Shown here piece after piece: positions 57,942-64,000 of a stretch of 64,000 bases of DNA. Each line of letters begins with the position of its first letter. Position 1 is the stretch's first letter. A program made the position numbers and the translations under genes. Below the pieces are notes generated by a model. It was given only the letters and a program-made list of their open reading frames with translations, ran no database searches and had not been told where the DNA came from. The stretch lies in the NCBI RefSeq assembly GCF_009914755.1, contig NC_060925.1. The stretch is one strand, 5' to 3'. The stretch comes from the human T2T-CHM13v2.0 reference genome, Homo sapiens.

Positions 57942-57960
57942 ATATATACACATATATATG
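57910..57960. repeat. (CA)n(TA)n microsatellite
   Basis: directly visible. Confidence 0.92.
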
Positions 57961-58095
57961 CTGTTATTGTCTCAGTTTAAAGATAGGTAAACTGAAACAT
58001 AATGAGGTTACAAAGTTAAGAAGTGAAAGAGGTGGGATTCAAACCCCATTTGTCTGACTTCAATGCCCAAGCCCTGAACCACCGTGCTGTAATAC
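57961..58095 (-). mobile_element. MIR fragment
   Basis: ggtaaactgaaacataatgaggtta...gggattcaaaccc...tctgacttc. Confidence 0.75.
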
Positions 58096-60413
58096 CTCCT
58101 GGTGGAGACATGACGGGACACTACCTGAGAATATCTGGGACAGCCCTCTGAGGAATTTCCTCTTTGAAAGAACTTTTATATTCCTATCTGATAACTGAGG
58201 AATTCAGAAGGTGGGACGCTTTGCAGAAGCACCAATTTCTGGCATTAAGCCAGTGGAACTTGTCCCTTAAAGTCCTTATTTTGTAGTTACAGCCTGGTGA
58301 GACCTAGAAGTCAGAAATGCATTAACTTTGTACTTTTGATACCTATTTGGGACAGAATGCTGCACTTAGTATCTGTCCTCTGAGTTTACTTTTAAAAAAA
58401 ATTAGCCAAAAACCTCCCAAAGCATACTTTTTAATGGAACTTTGGAAAAAAGTCATAATGCTCTTTGAACAGATTATGGGTACCAAATTTCTTAATGGAA
58501 AAAATTTTTTTAAAAAAAGATTTAGTCCAGGAAATTGGGAGTCTAAAGAGTGTTCTTTAAGATAAACAGGAAGTTTTAAGAGAAAATGTCCAATTTAGGG
58601 GCAAGGTGCTGAGAATACATATAGCATGTAGTCATCAGATAGGAATATAAAAGTTCTTTCAAAGAGGTGTTTTGTTCCATGAGGCAAAATAAATACTTTA
58701 TGAACACTATTGATTAGGCAGGGTCTGCCACAGCTCTCAGCCATAAGGGGTCAGGAAGTCTCTATACTGTCAAGTCCTAAAGTCCAGGCATCAATCAGGA
58801 GAAATGAACAGGATTTATATTCACAGTAAAGAAAAGTCTTCCCACCCCAGGAGTAGGCAATCAGAATTCTTATTTATTGGGGTTTATGGAACTTTAAAAC
58901 AGAAAGTATAAAAATGACTCAAAATCCCCACATGAAACAGAATATTGATTTGAGGGAGCATGAAATGCTAATATACATCAGATCAAAGAGGCTTGATTTA
59001 AAAATAACAACTATGAACACAGCAGAGAACGGAAGCTGTGGCTCTCTTTACCCTTAGAGTCTCTGGTCTCCCCCTAAAACCCCAGAACACCACTCACAGG
59101 TGCTTTGTTAGCTCGGGTCCGCATGTCTTTGTGTCCCAGAGCAACTGAGCTTATCAAGTTGCTCAGCAATAACTAAAATATTTGCCACAGGGCCATATTG
59201 CCTATCCGAGGCTAGCTGAAGCACATTGTTGTCTGCCTAGTTACAATTGTGTCAAATAAATAGAACTGGGCATTTTAGAGTGCTAATTTTCTTTTCTGTG
59301 GTCTAGATCAATTTAGAGCCATCTCTGTTGGCTATTTGTGAACATTTAGTAAACCTCTTTGAGTTTGGTGCTAATTAGATTTAGTCAGTCTTATGGTGAC
59401 TCTGCAAACTGATCCATGGACTGTCATTTCTGACAGAGATTATCAGTGAAGTCATTTTTGAAAAGTGGTCACGAATTTGTATGGAAGTGGTTATGAATTC
59501 CATTCTGTAATTTTTAATGAAGAGTAGTAACGTAAGTAAAAGATAATTCTTTAAATAAAATGTGAGGAAATGATTTATTGTCCCCAGAAATTCCACTGAA
59601 GAACATGAATTGTTTATACATTTCATGCCTCATGTAGTAGGAGTTACAGATGTACAAACTTCCACTGGTATTTAGGTGAGCTAATTTCTCCCCGTGTTTG
59701 TAATCATGTGGCTTTCACTGTATGTTTTATAGGTCCTGGGAATCTCTGCGGGGCCTAGTGACTGCCAAATCATTTGCAACTGATTTAGCGCCCTGAGTTC
59801 AAAAAAGGGCCTGAGAAAATCTTTTATTGCTTGACCCATTTCAAAACTTTTCCTCAGCAGCTCAACTCAGTCCTTTAAAATCCTCATGGTCCAATAATAC
59901 ATTCTCCCAATAATACATTCACCCCCACTGAGTTGGGGGTTGGGGAGCAGGAGGCCCAGTTCAGGTCATGCTGGGCTGTTTCAAACCTTCTCCATTTTCC
60001 TTCACGGTGGCCTGAGAAGGGAGAAGGTCAGGCTTACCTGCCCTCCTGCTTTACCTGGGCCTGCTTCCGTCTCCTGTGAGTGCTGTGTGGACAAATCCAC
60101 ATGGACACACACACGTTTGTGCACACACACACATGCCTTTCAGGAAAAAAATCTCATAACTTTCAGACAAAGACTGTCTAAATACACATTTAGAAAAAAA
60201 TGTTCTAGCCATCTTCATCACCCCCAAAATGCGTCTATTCTGACATTTAATCATACTATCATTATGATGACAATTTGCTTATCTGTCTCTCCTCCTGATT
60301 AGAACTGAGAGGTTCCTGAAAAATTGAAGCCCTCTAATGCCAAAAGATATGCATAATTCAGCTAAAAGTCATAATCAATGAATTATTGGAGATCTCTGTC
60401 TGAAATATTAATT

Positions 60414-60492
60414 TTATGTTGGTGCAAAAGTAATTGCAGTTTTTGCCATTACTTTCAATGGAAAAACCGCAATTACTTTTGCACCAACCTAA
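60414..60492. mobile_element. MADE1 (Hsmar1 MITE), complete
   Basis: ttatgttggtgcaaaagtaattgcagtttttgccatt-actttc-aatggaaaaaccgcaattacttttgcaccaacctaa, near-perfect palindrome, TA on the right flank. Confidence 0.95.
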
Positions 60493-60549
60493 TAGCTGCA
60501 TTTGCAGTTTTGAAGCTTCACCATGACCAAATGCTGGCGCTTCAGGCAG

Positions 60550-60930
60550 AGCTGTTTTAGGTGTTATGTGACATGCATAAAACACAGTCCCTAGTCTCAG
60601 GAACTTATAATCTAGTGAGGAGAGTGGACCAAGAAATGCAAACAAATACCCACTACTATAATATCATGTTTAAATGCTCTAGCAGTGACATGATTAAAAC
60701 TGTAGGAACAAGGAGGGTATAATTCCACCAGGGGAGGGCAGATTTCACAGAGGAACTGCCTCTTGAGGTATGTCTTGAAAAACAAGCAGGAGTTTACCAG
60801 GTGACAGAAACAGTGGTGAGGAGCATTGTCAGGGATGGGTAGGAGTTAGGAGTAGGCAACAGGAGGACATTTTGTCCAGAAAGAGTCTGTAGAAGCTCAG
60901 AGGCATAAAGTGCAGTGAGCTTCATAGCGA
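60550..60930 (-). mobile_element. L2 fragment
   Basis: acagtccctagtctcaggaacttataatctagtg...ttcacagaggaa...tcttgaaaaacaagcaggagttt. Confidence 0.65.
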
Positions 60931-61756
60931 CAATTGGTCACTGACCAAATGGGTTTCAGTTTCTTTCCTAAGGTGAAAGTCATCAGATTTTTATATCTCC
61001 TCTTGGCTTTCTCTCAGCATACGAAGATGTAATTTCTGAGCCACCATCTTGAGTTTTTCTGCTCATGGGGTTTGGTATGTATGAGGCTTCCAATTACTCT
61101 CTAGCCTTCCCTGTGTCCATGTTTGAGATGATGGCTTATGATTGAGATGATGGCTAGCTGGGGCGAGGGGAGCAGTCTTTGGCTGTGGTCGTGGATCCTT
61201 ATGGGATCCTTATTGGTTGTATTCTGGGCTAATCGACTGAATTAACTTCTGTTCCTAAAATCTATGGGTACCCTAGGAATTTTAAATTTCTTTTGGGTAA
61301 GGAGTGGAGAGAAGTGAGTCACTTCCTCTCTTGCTTCATTGCTTTTCTCCATAGAGCACATAGAAAAAATCCAAAGTAAATATGAGAAGATCTTAGTTTT
61401 AAATCGTATTTAATAATTGACAGAGAGGAAACTAAAGATACAAGTGACCAGGGAGCTTAAGTTCAAAAGTCTGAATCAAGGACAAGATTAATCCTGATAG
61501 GTATTTATCTCAGGACAATTTCCTTCTTCCATGGTAACTGTCTCTTACAGAAAAAAGATTTCAGACGAAAGGCATAGCCCACCCAGGGGAATTATTTCCC
61601 TTGAGTAACATGAGACTGAGGACACATGTTGAATCCATTTCTCATTATTGAAAAGGTTTCCCAGATGATGGTGCCAGGTCTGTGTCTCAGCGTGGGAGGG
61701 GAGTATAGTATAGAATTTGAACCTAACTGCCCAGGGATCTGAGGAACCTCTCAGGG

Positions 61757-62301
61757 CGTAGTCGCATCCAAAGCTGGTATTGCTCACCGCGCAACAGCCA
61801 GTTAGTCAAGAGACAAGGTGTTGGGGCAAGGAAAGAGAGTTTATTTTTTTAGGAGACTCTATTTACTTATTATTTTGGAAAGCCAGCAAGCCGAGAAGAT
61901 GGACTAATGTCCTAAAGAACCATCTTAAAAGGCATACATCTCAAGCTTCTTTTTATGTTGGGGAAGGGGGAACAAGGGGACGTTAAAGTCAGGAGGTGAC
62001 TCGTGACCACAGACACACGAGCATCAGCTGGAGTCCAAGGAGGTTGCAAAAGTTATTTGTCTTTGGTCAGGTCACAGTGCTCCTGTAAATCTTGGCATAA
62101 CATTGTTGCTTGTGCATACACCCTCCTTATCTCCTTTAAGCTTAGTTTTCAAAAGGGACTATTTTCATCCTTGCTTTGAACTATAAACTAAATTCCTGCC
62201 ATAGTTAGCTTGGCCTACATGCAGGGATGAGCAAAGGCAGTCAGCTTGTGAGGTTAGAAACAAGATGGAGTCAGTTATGTTAGATTTCTCTTACTGTTAC
62301 A
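61757..62301 (-). mobile_element. ERV1-class solo LTR (LTR26/LTR8-related, tentative)
   Basis: minus strand begins TGTAACAGTAAGAGAAATCTAACATAACTGACTCCATCTTG; 4-bp TSD AGGG at 61753-61756 and 62302-62305. Confidence 0.85.
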
Positions 62302-62836
62302 AGGGCCTCTTTGAGAATCAGCAGTCTAGAATGGAAGTTCTTAATCTGGGCTTAGCAGAGAGTATCTGAGAAACATGAAATTCTTTGCAAACATTTCCAT
62401 TTGTTCTTATTTTTGTAGAAGTTTTTTCCAGAAGTCTTATCTTTCTTGGAATCTTTCATCAATTTAATGAAAGGCTCTGTCACTCCCAAACAGGCTTAAA
62501 ACCCCTAGTTTAATACAATGTGTTTCAAGATCTTGCTTCCTTTTTTGGTAAGGGAATGGAGGGTGAGAGAAAAAAATTGATTAAGCCTCCCTTTGGTGTT
62601 GCATCACATATCCCTAAAGAGAGACCTGCAGGACACAGCAAAAATCACACCAGACTTTTTTTTTTTTTTTTCAATCTGGCTGTTTTCAAAATTCTGGCAA
62701 TAAGTCACAAAGTATTCAATGAGGAAGAAATGGGAAGCCAACATCCTCAGAGGCCCACATTTCTATACTAGCTCAGATACAAACAGAACTTGTCCAGGAG
62801 CGGGAAGTTTTATGCAGGAACACAGAAGAGTGGCAC

Positions 62837-63415
62837 TGATACAGACAGGAGGCAATACTAGGGAAATACTAGGCAGAAAAGGGTGGGGTCCCTGGCAAAG
62901 CCCCACCCTCAAGCCTGGACCTGCTGCCCAAAGTGAGAACATCTATTCCTCGTTTCCCCCCTGAATGCTGCCTTTTCTAAAACCAACCTGGCCCACCTTG
63001 ACCCCCATCCTGTACTCATAAAAAACCCAGGCTCCACCGGCAGAATGGCAGAGTGGCAGAGTGGCAGAGAAGGAGAGAAGAGAAGCAGCCAAACGTCGGA
63101 GAGAAGCAGCTTGACTTCAGAGGAACGGCTTGACAGTGGGACCTTGGAGAAAAGTTTGGCTGGGGACGGCCGAACTCCAGGAGAAGACTACCTTCCCACT
63201 CCATCCCCTTTCCAGTTCCCCATCCCACTGAGAGGCACTTTTATTGGCAATAAATTCCTCCACATTTACGATCTTCGATTCATTCATGTGACCTGATTCC
63301 TCCTGGATTCCGGACAAAGATCTGGGTGCAGATGCAAGAGTCGTCACACTGACCCTCCACTGAGCTATCTAACATTTAAGCCGTCCACAGACAGTAAAAC
63401 TAAAAGAGTACGGTG
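62837..63415 (+). mobile_element. ERV1-class LTR (LTR27/LTR1-related, tentative), apparently 3'-truncated
   Basis: begins TGATACAGACAGGAGGCA...ccccaccctcaagcctggacc; CATAAA box and AATAAA present; no terminal CA plus TSD found. Confidence 0.75.
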
Positions 63416-63704
63416 TTTTAATGGAGGAAGATAAATAAGAGAGAAGGACACAGGAAAAGTGACATAATTCACTGATAACAGACAACAGGAAGAATAATCA
63501 TGTCCCATATCAGCCTGGGAAGGTAAGAAAGGCATCATTACAAGGAGTAGAATAACAGCTCTCAAGCTGGTTCAGTGGGCAAAATATCTGGAAAATTTCA
63601 TCAATGGAAAGGATGATAATAATCTAGGTCACTATTTCTGATTCAAGCCTGTGGGAACAAATGTGTTTCAGAATTTTAAAATGTTTTCATTTTGGAAAGG
63701 TAAT

Positions 63705-63920
63705 GTCTAGCTCAGGCTACTATAACAAGGTACCATAAACTGGGTGGCTTAAACAACAAACATTTACTTCTCACAATCCTGGAGGTTGGAAGTCTGAGAT
63801 CAGGGTGTCAGCAGGGTTGAGTTCTGGTCTATAGATGGCTGGCTTCTTGCTGTGACCGCATATGACAGAAATAGAGCTAGCTAGCTGGCTTCTTCTTACA
63901 AGGGTACTAATCCCATTGTT
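63705..63920 (-). mobile_element. MLT1A-like MaLR LTR fragment
   Basis: taccataaactgggtggcttaaacaacaaacatttacttctcaca...ggaagtctgagatcagggtg. Confidence 0.8.
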
Positions 63921-63931
63921 TGTGATTAGCC

Positions 63932-64000
63932 TTTTTTTTTTTTTTTTTTTTTTTTTGAGATGGAGTCTTGCTCCGTCACCAGGCTGGAGTGTAGTGGCGT
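63932..64000 (-). mobile_element. Alu 3' end, running off the window
   Basis: poly-T followed by gagatggagtcttgctc...aggctggagtg. Confidence 0.93.

Noticed and set aside
59940-60302. 120-aa intergenic ORF
   Set aside because: Non-ATG start, includes CA-rich low complexity and repeat-like sequence, no recognisable domain

Overview
Human (primate) genomic DNA containing the 3' part of SUCO (SUN domain-containing ossification factor, C1orf9) on the + strand, followed by about 21 kb of repeat-rich intergenic sequence. Seventeen coding exons (755-41360) join through GT-AG junctions in one continuous frame of about 968 codons: SUN domain, long acidic Ser/Thr-rich luminal region, coiled coil, one transmembrane helix and a basic C-terminal tail. 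They are followed by a 3' UTR of about 1.55 kb with three AATAAA signals. The introns hold a sense-oriented, 5'-truncated SVA with a 13-bp TSD, an antisense full-length (about 6.15 kb) inactivated L1PA element and several Alus. Downstream lie nested Alus, an ancient L2 split by a two-LTR ERV1-class provirus (itself interrupted by a MER11 solo LTR) and a MER4E LTR, an AT-rich block, two MADE1 MITEs and further solo LTRs. No clearly new gene system is evident. The best leads are sequence-derived hypotheses: (1) the antisense L1 carries an uninterrupted 150-codon ORF0 with a GT donor in phase with the next SUCO exon, sitting between the luminal and transmembrane exons; (2) a 21-nt microexon that looks like a diverged tandem copy of the preceding exon end; (3) SVA exon-trapping geometry; (4) two Alu insertions at the same target site. 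Repeat subfamily names come from recalled consensus sequences and were not checked against a database.
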